DNA of 63,964 bases, filler included, from Polymyxa betae A26-41 (Eukaryota; Protista; Endomyxa: Phytomyxea), in the NCBI GenBank assembly GCA_003693705.1. It is 8 parts of 8 records of this genome, joined end to end, with 100 filler letters (N's around TTAATTAATTAA, not from the genome) between each part and the next. Parts side by side here need not be neighbours in the genome. Positions count along the whole stretch, not along the records: positions 32,880 to 42,008 come from RBZT01000307.1; positions 42,109 to 56,445 come from RBZT01000206.1; 6 more parts are not named here. The stretch is one strand, 5' to 3'. Shown one piece after another: positions 37,200 through 50,200 of this stretch (positions are counted from its first letter, which is position 1; the number at the start of each line of letters is the position of its first letter). Below the pieces are notes generated by a model, which worked only from the letters and a program-made list of their open reading frames with translations, made no database searches and was not told the origin of the DNA. The translations under genes were made by a program, and so were the position numbers.

Positions 37200-40100
37200 A
37201 AATAATTATATAGTTTTTGTCATTCTAACTGCTTATACCTTTGTTTATCTGAAGAAACTAATGGTTCGTGTTCAATCAATTCTCCATCTATTGCAGCATG
37301 CTTGGCTAGCTCGTCGATCGCATCACTTTCTGCAATCTGCTGTGTGTGACTGGGAATAAGGTGAATTTCGACTTCGTTTTCGGCGCTAAGTTCAGCTAGC
37401 GTTGACGAATTTGTATTTGTACGGAAGACATGCCAGTCATTGCAAACAAAATAATGAATCCCTAAAGATATGAATATGTCTATTTTCTGGATACAGATCT
37501 AGAAGTGAGCTATTGCCAGATTGTAATGCGATGATTTCTGCTTCATAGCTTGACTTTACATGTTCCATCTGAATTGAGGTGTGGATCTCAAATTCAAATA
37601 TAGTGCTGTGTGGATTTGAAGCAGCTCCACTTGCTATGTACTCCGTATTTAAACTGTCTCTGTTGAAACTGCCGTCTGTCCAAAGTGAAATATCGGGATT
37701 GGTGGGAATAAATAGCGCATTCTCGTGTTTTTCTAACGCTTCTGCTCTGGAACTCATGTGGAATTTACATTCTTGCATGTTGTTTCAGTATATAGGATTT
37801 CACTATATTTTGTGCGTGGATATGAGCACTATATCTCTTTGTTGTAACTTCTACAGCTCTTCTGACAAGTCCAAAAGGGGTCCATCCATCTGCTGCACGT
37901 CCTTGTTCGTCCCGTATTCTGTAGTCGTCTTTTAATAAACGACCCTGCTACGTGTGCGACCCCTCGCACAAATAAGCCCGTGTGCGACTGTACGTCGCAC
38001 ACCGCTTATCTGCGCGACCCCCTCTCAAACTCTCTCTTACGATCTAAACAGTAGTAGCGCCTACAAATGCTCTCAGGTCTGGGCAAACTTCGGCTGGGCC
38101 GATGTAAGTCCCATGTTTCAGGCACCACTCTCAGCTGCTCTGCCTCTACTTCGCCTACACCCACAGCGCCATTGGAATGCGAGCGTCCATATCCACCCAG
38201 AAAGCCCACCGACAATGGAGATCACTCTAATCTGCATAATATCCACGAAGAAGTCGAAGACGATCATACGCCGATATTTATCGATAAAGAAGGCGAATTG
38301 CAATGGAATGGAAGCAAAACTATCCAAACTTTTTGTGAAGTCGAGTCGATGACAATCGGCCGAGTATTTGAATCTTTAAATGAGGCTCGCCAGCATTGCG
38401 TATCTTTTGCTAAGTGCCCTCTGAAACAGAAAAGCACTCAGAAATTGAGATACGTTACTTTCCTCTGCTTTTGTAACGGTTTTTCATGAGAAAAATGATT
38501 CAATATTTGCAGAAGAGTTTCAGCGTTCGAAAAAGTCTTTGAAGTGCGGCTGCCAGTTCTTTATCCGACTGCGTTGCCTCGACGACGGCAATAGCGAAAA
38601 AAATCAGGGTTTACGAGATATCCAATGAGCACAACCATGAGCTGTTCAACGAAGCCGAGTTGGAAGCCCTACCTCAAAATCGATTTATTCCTGAAGATGA
38701 AGAGAAAAAGATGCTTGAGATAACTGAGCATGGGGTCTTGACCTGCTCCCAGATTATGGTGTTAATTGAACGGGAACACTTTCCTGAAACGATATGTCAG
38801 CCGAGCAGAGCTGCACCAAAATCAGCATTAGCGGAAGAAGGGGAAGAAATCCCTGACCCAAAAAGGTAGCATGTCCAAGTAGCGGAAGATTCCGCCGAAT
38901 GCGATTGCATAAAAACAGATTAACTGTTTGATTGTATTGAATGTATTCTCCATTGTATCGAGGGGGTCGCACACGTATCAGGGTCGTTTAATAAAATGCC
39001 CTGAACTTCTGGCTTAAGGACTGTTCGTGCCGAATCTGTAATGATTTTAGCTTTCAGCGAATGGAATTTTGAAGTTGCATGTAAAAGTGGAATTGGTGTG
39101 GATCTAATACATCCATTGTATATTCTCATATATTCATTATATGCGAGTTCTAACGGTTGTATCGGGCTTCTCATCGTGGTTTCAGCTCTAATCCATGGTG
39201 TGTAAAAGTTTAATATTCCTCCTATGAAGGCATGACAGGCTTGGCGAAAGATTTTTTCAGGGATTCTATATTTTTGCAGCCGTTTGATGAATTGACATTT
39301 TTTTTACGATGGTCTTGTGCTACTTTCTCTGTGCCTATCAGGAATGTGGATTTATTTGTCTCTTTGTCAGCAACCAGCTGTGCTCCCAGATATCGAATGG
39401 AATCTGTGGTTTTTATGATCATGTTTTCAATTTGTATGCAGTCCTTCTTATTGTACTCATTGTATATGATATGGTCTTATCTGCATTGATTTTGATCTTG
39501 TTTTCTCGCACCAGCTTTCCAGAATACACATCTACCTTGCGCGTTAACATCAGGTGGTATGAATGGATGGATTAATAGTACCGTATTTGCTCTAGCGATA
39601 CACTGTGTCAGTATCCTCTCTTGATTTTTCTTGAACTTTCGAGGTCTTTTCTCCAATAGATGGCATTCTGTCTGCCAGTATCGGTTGCTGTAGAATTTGG
39701 GTATCCATTTATCTCTCTGTACCTACCGATTTCCGATAAGCATATTTTATCTATATTTTTTGGTTCGAGTTAGAAATATGAGCTGTGATCTTATTGAGTA
39801 AGCATGCATTCCATTGTAATTGTAAATTACTGAATCAATGTGTGCTGATATTTTGAGGTGCTTGAACGACTTCTTCCTGTAAAAGTTCACAATTTTGAAC
39901 TTCAACATCACTGGAAGTGTTCTGGTGTATGTTCATGTTATCATTCATGGCTAGTCTTCGAAAAACTTCGGTGATATTTCTCTGAACATGGCGTCCGTTT
40001 CCTGGTGGTGGCAGCCTGTAAAGTCTGGCTTCGCTTTCTTCGGAACGAGGGTTTTCCCAAATGAGTTTTATGATATTCTTACAGAATAATTTTCTATTTA

Positions 40101-41480
40101 GGTAATGATGTACATGTTGGATGATGTCGACAATCACTCTTTTATTGATAATATTTTTTTTAAGAAACACTGCCATCTTCGCTTTGTTGTATTTATGGTT
40201 GCTGTAGGGGGCATGAGAGCCAAGAATGCCCGTCATTGGAACAGGCCACACATTGTTGGATGCCTGCTTCTTCAGGGCAATCTTTTGTGCTGTGTGGTGC
40301 AGCGCATCTGCCGCATCGGATACTTTGGAATTGCATGTCGGTACAGCTCGGATATTTGCATGTCCGGCATATCTTGGACTTGGGGCTGTTAGGTGATGCA
40401 ACGCGGTCTTTGCGTTTGAATATTGTAATGTGTCCTTCGTTGATAATGTGATTGGCCTTGTCAGGATAGTTGTAACATAGCTTGTTACATCCTGGCGTGC
40501 TGAGCGTGATGACTTGGACGGGTTTGGGTCCCGAACAGACTGCAAGCAAACCCTTGGATTTGATAATGCACTATGGGACATTGAATACAACAACATGTCG
40601 ATCATCATCGGATTGGGCAGTTCGATGGGGTGTGATATTGTTTGGAAGTTCCCTTTATTTGCAGTGTCTTTGAGAATTTTGTATTGCCCTGTTGATGATT
40701 AAGTCGGTTTTGATTATATTCTCTGTGTGTGTTACCGGGGTTAGGTTGGATAATGTGATGTCTCCTTTGTCGTCTACATCTATGTTTACCATGATGTCAT
40801 TTCATTTAGAAAATCGGCAAATTCAGCATATTTTTCCAATACTTCGATAGGGTCCAAGGTGTTATTTTGATGGTCTTGTTCGGATTCGATGAGGGCTGTA
40901 CTGTAGTTAAATTCATTGCGAGGAATTTTTGGTGGTGGTTTGTAGTTAGCCATATTTTTCAGTCCGCCTTTGTTGCTTTTCGGTGCACGTTGTGTCTTTT
41001 GTTGTGGGGGGTTGATTACATTATTAGAGGTGCTCTTTTTCTTCTGGTTGGCTGTCGAGGAGTTAGCTGCGTCGGCAACCTCTTTCATGGTTTCTTCTTC
41101 GTTGTTTGATGTTTTCATCGCAGGTTCAAAATGTGTTTGATCTTGCTGGAAGGTTCTACAATTTGCAGGACGCAAACATTATCGGCGCAGACGAAGCACA
41201 ATCAACCTCATTCAGAGGAGATAGCCCGAATGGCACAGACTTGGTTGCAGCCGTAGATAATGTTTCTATAGGAGGAAATGGACCTGTCGGACGCTCTGGG
41301 CTGGGACCGGCCCTATTCTGTCCTGTAATAGAACCAACGTTTTGCCACAGCCATGACAGTTTTCGTATCGATAGGAAGGAGAGAAGAATTTGTATTCCTG
41401 AGAGCAACCAAATGTAGGAGAGCTTGGAAGCGCGCGAGTCTGGAAGTGCGCGGAGGGGGCTGCGCGAGCTTAAAAGAGGA
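37200..41480 (-). mobile_element. Decayed LINE (non-LTR) with ORF1 zinc knuckles, endonuclease start, RT thumb and RNase H
   Basis: CGRCAAPHSTKDC and CVACSNDGHSWLSC; LQWNA; IRYLGAQL; LWTDGS...SSYEAEIIAL...IFRDS, HLIPSH. Confidence 0.8.
37940..38986 (+). mobile_element. Internally deleted Mutator-like element (MULE) with TIRs, 9-bp TSD and a FAR1-type DNA-binding domain; inserted in the LINE
   Basis: TIRs CGACCCTGCTACGTGTGCGACCCCTCG and CGAGGGGGTCGCACACGTATCAGGGTCG. TSD TTTAATAAA at 37931-37939 and 38987-38995. Protein GRVFESLNEA...SLKCGCQFFIR...EHNHEL. Confidence 0.93.
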
Positions 41481-41482
41481 AA

Positions 41483-42008
41483 CCGCTCTGTCAGAAGCAG
41501 CACGAGATGCAGTCTGGCTCGGAAACATCCTCACAGAATTGGGCTTTTAAAACTCCGAGCCGATTACCATTTATGAAGACAATCAGGGATGTATCTCTTT
41601 AATAAAACATCTAAGATCAGATAAGCGATCCAAACACATCGACACAAAGTACCATCCCCATCCGCGATCATGCATGTGGAGCAAGAATTAAATCAATCCG
41701 CATCAAATATTGTCCAACAGAGCAGATGGCTGCTGACGCTCTTACGAAAGCGGTTCCTTCTGCCAAGCTGAAGTTATGCAGAGCATTATTCGGACTCCAA
41801 GATTTGCATACAGTGACGAAGGGGGTGTAGGAGTACTGCAGCCTGTAGGCCACGCCACTGTATGACGCTCTCCACGCAGTTTCTGTCATCAATTGGCATC
41901 TCTGCCACACTTTTCATAAACCTCTTACCTGGGAGACGCTATACAGACTCGTCAACGCGGCGTCTGTAAATTTCTATTTAAAAAGGTTCATCCCACTAAA
42001 CCAATCTC
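41483..42008 (+). mobile_element. Copia 3' end: RNase H, polypurine tract, 3' LTR starting at 41826
   Basis: AVWL...IYEDNQGCI...RSKHIDTKYH...CPTEQMAADALTK; GAAGGGGG then TGTAGG. Confidence 0.9.
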
Positions 42009-43618
42009 NNNNNNNNNNNNNNNNNNNNNNNNNNNNNNNNNNNNNNNNNNNNTTAATTAATTAANNNNNNNNNNNNNNNNNNNNNNNNNNNNNNNNNNNN
42101 NNNNNNNNATGATTTTTTTATAGAATGAACGTGAGGGATTTTTGGGGCATTTTGCTCAGTAAGGGGGGATTTACGCATTATTTTGCGCAAATATTACTAC
42201 TGCGCACCTTTTTTTTTGCGTGGGTCTACTGGGCCAAATGGTCGCATCGTGATTCTTTTTTTCTCGTTCGCAGAAATCTCTCAATACGTACTTTTTCGGT
42301 TTCGAAGCGGTTTCACATGATCGGCGACACACGGAGGTTTGGTAGGACTTCAGAGTTTGGGAAACCGCTCTTCTGCGAAATGCAACATACTGACCATGCT
42401 GATCAATTAAATCTTTCCAGGCCTGGACTCATGAATGCCGATGAAATTCATCTTCAGGAATAATTCATCAAAAAAGTTTCCGAGCCAAACCCTGAAGAAA
42501 GGAATTTTTAGTCCGTGACAAGAATGAATATTAATATTTGTCCCTTCTGAGGGATTTAGTTATTTGCGGAAGGGGGAGAACTTATTCATGTTTATTCTAT
42601 ATCCGAGTGGAGACGTTCGATGGCCAAAGTTGTCGGCTCACATTCAGAAACAGATTCATTTCAAGATATCAACCCTTTTACACATGTTACTAATGGGGCG
42701 ACTGAACTTCAAGTCAATGTAGCGAGACGCATTCGGAGTTTTGGGTCGTTTCACCTGCAATAAATGTGCATCGGTGCTTTCACGGAAATTGGAATATTAA
42801 TTCTATATTCCGGACTTATTGGTTTTCTTCTCATGTGATGAAGGAGTAAGCTATTTACTAAGGCAGCTCATGCGGAGTAATTTTATTCCGCTGCAAACTG
42901 AGAGGAATAATAACATATTCCGGAAGCTGTTCCCATGAAATAAATAGTGTTTATCTATTTCGGCATCCCTGCAGTGAATCTCAGACACATTGGAAAATAT
43001 ATGGGGCTCTTTTGGATTGGCGATTCTCTGTAATTCTGTTTATTGATAAAATAAAAGCTGAATATTGTAAATATATTCTTACTCCCATGTTGGTCTCTAA
43101 CCATTAGAACGTGACCTTCGCAAACGTCGAAAGAAGTCAAATTCGTTTCAAAATACTGGCAGTTAAAGATGGCTTGCTGTTCTGCCCTTATTGTAGATGC
43201 ACAGCCGGATGAAGATCGGTGTTACTTCAGCGAAAATTCGTTCTTATATGCGATGCCGTAAAAGTCACAAGCTACACTTCAGGTCCCGGGATCTTGAATG
43301 TCATGCCACACTGTTGGGAAATCAGGCGATCCATGGTTGTGGCGATTGGTGAAGGGAAAACCCCAAGGCAGGATATTAAATTTGAAAAGGGCTGCGCGCA
43401 GTTTTCTGTTTGCAGAAATGCGCTCGTCCACCATAGTATTTCTTCGTAATCAATTGTGACACCATCTTCGAGATTGTCACGCTTTTCGCTTCACAGCGCA
43501 AACTATTCTGATCTTCATCCAATGCTATTAATAAATAAATCTGCAAAAAGCGAAGAATTGTGTTTCAAGATGAGCGCGCAACACCGGAGTCCGAAGCTCA
43601 GACTCCATTTGCCTGGAA

Positions 43619-45104
43619 ATGTTTTGCCGGACGATTCCCTTCCTGATCCTGAGCCTATCTGAGTGCTTGGCTGCATTCAGTCTTGCCCCTTGTAATGTTA
43701 CAGATTCTCGGGAACAGACTCCTATCAACGTCTATCCTTTCGATCACAATGTCACTGTCTATCCTCTCGACCTCACAGACACACAAGTAAGATTTCTTTG
43801 TCAAAATGTTATAATCTCTGAGATTTTCATAATCAGAATGATGAACCAGTTAAGACGGTCTCCCGGAAACGTTCTCGTGCTGTCGTGACATCAACCGACC
43901 TTCTGTATTCCTTCAATCATGATTTGACTGATATCAATGATTATAACAGTCTCTGCAAGTTTCTGGTGAATTTGTTGAACCTTTTGTCCCTCTGTATATC
44001 AACGGTTGATTAGATCAAAGAGCCGAATGATGAGGAACTTCATTTTCTGTCTTCAAAGTCCGATGGTGATACAGGTCAATGCTCCTTGAGCAGCTCTCGA
44101 TTCGTTATCAACATGAAAGGACATGATCTGGATGTGAGCGAAACGAAACAAATCCGTTTTGCTCCGAACACGTTACAGAGACTGATTCTGATTGCGAATC
44201 TGTATCGGAAATTGGACTGGTTTATCCGGAAGTACGATTGGTGCTGGACCAAGGCTGATGGGAAACTCCGCAATTGGATGTATAATGTGTGTCGTCCTGT
44301 ACTGCAATGCGTCATACAATGCTGTCAGAAAGATCTCCGGCGATTTCAGGCAGTCTGGGGGAATCCCTTCAATCATTGGATGATCTCTGACAGATGCTCC
44401 AGAGAGGAATGCCGATCGAAACTGGCAGCTGCCGATCAGTTGATGAATCTGTTCCGAGATCGCTCTTTCATCTCTATTGACCTTCCTGCGAATGACGATA
44501 ATCCGTCCTCAAAACGGATGAAATTTTATTCATCACCAACGGATCTCATTCTGCCTGTGTTTAGCGGTCTGCCTGAATTTCTGAGAATGTTGAATTTTGG
44601 CGTTGAAGAGATCACGGACTATAGAACTCTGTGTGCTTTTCTGGTGAGATTTATTCATGCGGAATTCTCACGCCTGAAACTCCCATTCAGAATAAGCAGC
44701 CTGATGATGCCGAGTTCGCGTTTCTCTCTGATGCGAACATATTGATTCCACCAAAGGGCAGAAAACGAGCTGCAAGAGACCATCTCATCATCAAAGCTGA
44801 CGATGATCAGCTCATATTGGCCGAAACGTCGGAAATCGCGACCTCGCAGACCACGTTACAGAAGTTGATATTGGTGGCCAGTTTATGTCTCAACCTTATT
44901 CGGGCCAAGATCGCCGACCCGAAACTGAGCCTGGAACGTGTACGTTCTGGTCGTCGGCTGCGACGAAGATGTTTCTCTGTACTTTTCTGTGTTCGAATAT
45001 GCTGTCAGAATGATCTTCGGACTTTTCAATCTCGATGGGGAAATCCGTTTCCGCATAGCTGTTTTACGGCGCTTTGTTCTAGGCACAATGGCAAGAGTAG
45101 ATAG
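43619..45104 (+). CDS. Candidate secreted effector with two tandem Cys/His-containing modules and NLS-like motifs (introns 43787-43836, 43966-44013, 44644-44690)
   Basis: Signal-like MFCRTIPFLILSLSECLA. All three GT-AG introns give one open frame. Internal repeat DY..LC.FL|.K.P.D.E..FL...TLQ.LIL.A.L...VL.CV..CCQ.DLR.FQ..WGNPF.H......CSR. Confidence 0.8.
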
Positions 45105-45197
45105 TGCGGATTTGAAACTCTCATTGTCAGTGATAATAAGGAATACTCAATCAAATCGCAACTAGTTCTTGATAGAGAACGACTTGGTCATTGTCTA

Positions 45198-45548
45198 TTG
45201 AAAGATTCTATGAAAGGATTTGGGACGGTATTTCTGTGTTCCAGTTTTTTTTTATATTTTCTGAATATGTCACAGAAGCTCATGTTGGAGTGTATTCAGC
45301 GAATTCAAAATGAACTGAAGAAGCGGAAGTTGAAATCTTCGCGTGATCTGGATGAATATCTCCGAGATTCTGTAAATCCAATATTATACTGTCTTGAACA
45401 TCATTGTAATAATGATGTCAATTATTTCTCTCATATATTTGGACATTATAAGGATCATTATCAATTTCAACACAATTACTGTCCTGGACATACTGGACAA
45501 TGTCCTGCTCTATCTGCTGGAAATTCTACCCATTTACTCACTCAGTAA
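45198..45548 (+). CDS. Short or partial gene carrying a related Cys/His module
   Basis: VNPILYCLEHHCNNDVNYFSHIFGHYKDHYQFQHNYC resembles the module of 43619-45104; KKRK. Confidence 0.5.
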   Translation: MKDSMKGFGTVFLCSSFFLYFLNMSQKLMLECIQRIQNELKKRKLKSSRDLDEYLRDSVNPILYCLEHHCNNDVNYFSHIFGHYKDHYQFQHNYCPGHTGQCPALSAGNSTHLLTQ

Positions 45549-45819
45549 ACCTTTAAAACCTGTAACAGCAATGAAACTCATGTTACAATGGACTGTTTAT
45601 GTTGCATGTCTCTGTGAATTACTACCAACAAAGCCGCCGTTTCGGATTCCAGCCGCATGAAGGGCTCATTGTAGAGAACCTGCAGCTTGGTAACGTAAAA
45701 CATCACATGACTATGGAGTAACATAAACGTAGCGTTACCTAAGAGCCATTGTTACTTGTCCAGAGGCGAGCGACTGTCTCCGATTGACTGGTTGTAGGAC
45801 GCCTTTTCCCCAAATCGAA

Positions 45820-46600
45820 GTCCTGTCGCGATTTTCTACCAATCGTCTAAGTCGAATTTTTCGCTTTTGGTAGTCAAATCTCCAGACGAAAGATAGCACG
45901 TAAATAGTCGGCTTTCGAAAACGATCGCCACAACTGAACATAGCGAGTACTAAATCATCTTTTCAGCTTGTACAGCCTCTCTCACATTGGGAAATATCGG
46001 CAGAGTACCCAGTAATAGCACAGCTGCAATTATAAACATCATGATGAATATGATTTATGAAAGCTGTCGCTAATGGCGATATTATTTATTGGAAAGAGAA
46101 GAGATTTTTACATGGTGTATTGCAGATTTCGATAGAAACCGGGATTGCAACTCCATCAGAGCTGATTATCAGGACAGAAACAAATACAGGCGATGATTGC
46201 TGAAAATCGTTCTACTTGGCAGAGCGAGCGAGTACAGCAGTGAATACACTGACAAAAACCCTAACCCTAACAGTTAGAATAATAGAAAGTTCCTGAACAA
46301 AGGAAATATTAACAATTAAAAGCGAGATTTCCAAAGTCGCTTTCGTTCTGATTTCAAATCCACCGTTCATTTCTGAATCTAAGCTCGGATCCTGCTGGAT
46401 GGGAGTCGGGCTCGGAAGATTCCAAGACGAGATCGACAGGCTCCTGATTGATGATCTGCTCTGAACGATTTACCATGAAGGTGTTCGTTTCGGAAGCGAA
46501 CAGAGGAGGCGATGAGCTAGATTTCGAACGAGCGGATCCTGGACCAATATCGACAATCTGCCTTGATTTGGGAGTGACGGATATTCGCAATAATCAGGGC
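45820..46600 (-). repeat. Diverged inverted segmental duplicate of ~20760-21520 (stalk-TM gene end plus adjacent decayed fragment)
   Basis: PGSARSKSSSSPPLFASETNTF vs PGSIPSISSSLRPIFASETNSF; shared intron ttggaaatctcgctt...ttgttcaggaa; shared downstream ataatatcg.catt and agacgattggt. Confidence 0.8.
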
Positions 46601-47223
46601 TGAAATCAGCCAATATTACTGCCCGAGCTTCATGCATTCGATCTATCCGATTTCTGCTGTAGATTCAGCGCAAGTTTCCCTTCGCTGAATGGCGCTGCTG
46701 CTTATCGAACGGCAGGCGATCATAGATTGCGCCGAAAATGATAGAATTGTTGTATCTTCCCGAGAATTAATTAACAAGCTCTGCGCTTCTTAATGGATTT
46801 TTATCTAGGGTTTGTCACCCTCAGATAGGCTCTACTTAACCTCAAGTCTTGCGTACTGTCGACTTTCGCCACGTGGAACTTCCTGCTTGAAAACGAATTC
46901 CCGTGGGATGAATTCACAGTGGTTATGGTGCTTACCTGTCAATGGTAAGCAGAGAACATGAGAGAGAGAGGTGAAAGGGGACAGACTTCAAGAACTGTAC
47001 TAAAAGAAACGTCACAAAATTGCGGCGAAACTGAGATCTGCCCCAAATCCGAAAGAGAGGCAGAGAAACAGAGATTCGGATGAGAGGACTGAATCACGCA
47101 GATTCCGCCGACCTGAAGCTCTCTTTCGGGTCAAATCGTCGGACTCGGCTGTTTCAGCTTTAAAAAACTGCGAACCGCTCTGACCTCGGTCAAAATCCCG
47201 TCATTCAGAAATTGAAGGGATTC

Positions 47224-50200
47224 ATGAAATCCCTTTTACTGCTGATAGGGCTCTGTGCCTCAGCTGTCCACGTTCTGTCTGCGAATCCTGAGTTGGATTC
47301 CAACCTTCATCCCGCTGACGATTGTCAGAATCCGGAATCGACGCCTTCGCATGACGATTCGAAGCCTTCACATGTCGATCTTCCCAAGTTTCTATCTCGC
47401 GCTGAATACGAATCTCTGAAAATGTTCTGTGAATATCCGAGAACATTTTTGAAACTCGTCCCTGCTCATATTATGGAGATCCCTGCTGTTCCAGAACTGG
47501 CTTTATTCGCACAATTCTGTGAATTCACCGAAAACGACGACAAACTTCAAGCTCATGTTACTGATGATCTGTTTGAGGCTATTAATGGAAGTGATCGAGA
47601 TATTCGACTTGAAATATTGTACTCATTATCATATATTAATGTGATGAATGATATACAATCAGATATTGATCATAAATGTGGTCTAATAATATCACGGGAT
47701 ATTCTACATGCTGCTTCATTATCATCTCATCATGTTACTGAATATCTTCAACTCGCATTCCCTCTAAATCAACATGATCGATTACGCAGAATCTTGTTTG
47801 ATCATCTCGAGATGAACGATTTCATTATGGAGCATCTCCTCTCAGCCATTCCTCCAGATGAACTTCCCAATATCTTATCGGATTACGTTATCTATCGGTA
47901 ACAACATCAGTATGCTCGGACTTAATACCCATTACTTATTCCATTTCAGGCGGCAACAGTCGGCCAGTATTCCCGGTATGCCATCGGACGTGTCATAGCT
48001 CAACATCTGAATACGATCCATTTCGCATCCGGAAGCGACTTTCTCCAATCGATGCTCGAATCGGTCGAGGACCAAATCGCCAATCAATCCGTAACACAAA
48101 TCCCTTTCACTCCGGACGTCGTACTGGTCCTGACGTTTTCTCTTCGCAGTCCGCCACCGACTCCCAACTGATTCCAACGACATTGTTGTTCTCTGCTATC
48201 TACATCTCTACGCTCGATAACCGCACCGATTGGCTCTACAAACTGATCGATCTCATTATGCATCCGGACCTGAAACCTATCACGATCGGCGGGCCAGTAT
48301 TCCTCGACGCGATCGGTTCGCAGATCGTGGCCTTGCTCGACGATGATCAGCCGGATCAGGCGTACTACCCCGTGTTTCGTCTGGTTCAAGATCGATTCTG
48401 CGATGGCGTCCTCAGCGAGGCTCTGCAGACGCTGTTTTTGCGAAGTTTGTGATGGCGCTGAACCAGCGCGCTTTCAATCCGACGGATGCTCGACACCAGC
48501 TCGTTGCCGATCATATCAACGATCGCGGACAGTTCAACGACTTCCGCCTGGACCTGATATTGCGGACATTGAATCGCAGACAGAGCCTGTCCGTGATTCG
48601 TTCGATTCTGACCAGCATGTAACATTACCATTGACCATTTCTCTCTTCATTTGACATTTTGATTTCAGTGGGAGATCGTTCCCTCTACACAACAGCCATT
48701 TGTACACGGACTTTTTAATTCACCTTTATAGATTCGATGTACAGCACGACTTCTTTCAGGTTCTGATTGATGACGTGGCTGACCATTGTTATCGGTACAG
48801 ATTTCGTTTCCAATGGAAAGTTCCCCTATTAATTGGTGTCCAGTAACCAAGAGCGCCATTTTATTGCGCTCTTTCTACTTCAACAATGCTCGAACGAACT
48901 TCTCAATACGCCCGCAAATCGAAAGGTCATCTACCGTCTTTTAGCATTCAATGAGAATCTGTTAAATCACGATTCGGTCCGCACAATTGTTACATCCGTA
49001 TTGCAACGTTTCACTGTTGAATCGCTGGCAGATGTTCTTGCAGCCCTGCTAAGGTCTGAACAGTAACGAAATACTCTATCATTCTCAATAATGTTACAGA
49101 TCCGGCGGATATCCCATCTGCCATCAGATCTGCACGGTTTGGTCGACCATGAAAGTCCGCGACCTGCAAATCGCTTCTCTATCAACAGTTGCTCCGCATG
49201 TATGGGCGTTCGCATTCCGGACCCAGATCGCTGAAGAAATCGCGGAGCACGCCCTCCTTGCGTTCTGCGACTCCTGGTTCCGGCAGCTGTACCCGAACAC
49301 CGTGGCGGAATGTCGTTTCGCTGTTATTTGGATGTTATGGTGTAACGAAGGTGAAGAGTCTCTTCCACATTCGAACTGGATCGCAATACTCGATTACGAA
49401 CCGAAAATGCGACTGTATACTTGAGCTAGGGTTTGCTTTAACCCAGTCTGACAGTCGTACTTAAAGACGATTCGATCGCCGACCTCCAGCGACTGTTATG
49501 TTACCTTCTGGATCAAAACCCGCAACTGCCCTATCGCCGGTCGCCTTTCGTTCAGGTTCTGCGACGCTCCAAGCATCCGGCAGTGTTCTACGAGATTATC
49601 CGTCATTGGTAATGTTACCGAGTCGTGTCATGCAAATGTGTTCCCTGATTCCATTCAGTTACAGCCCGAACGGCCGATCCACTGCGGACCAGCACGCCCT
49701 CCGACGTCGGTTCTGTCGCGATCTGTATCTGGGCCTGGTCCAGTATCACCCATCAATGGCAGCCCAGTCGGTTTGTAGTTCGGATGTCGGCGCCGCTGTC
49801 GACTCGTCCATTGTGACGTCGTTTCTGCGGGATGTTTTGACAAAGTAACATAATTCGGTCTAATCGGGCGCTGGTTACCGAATGATCCCTTGTAGGATGG
49901 CTACGGAGATGTCTCTGGAGCTCAAACCCTATGATGACCTTGTGCTCGGAATGATGCAGCTCTCTACAAATGATGGTCTCTGATCACAGCGGAGTGAATG
50001 GCTGCAGCACGTCATTCTCATGGTTGCGTTCCCGGCCCAACAAGCGCGTCGCGTCGTCGTCCTCGCTCTCACGGAGTTCGAGCCTCGCTTCGTACGGCAG
50101 CATTTCTCCGTCATCGAGCGTCTGATTCGAACGATGCCACTCACGGACTTAACCCACATCGCCGATTCCAAATCGATTCTCTGCCAGCTGTTACTGGTTG

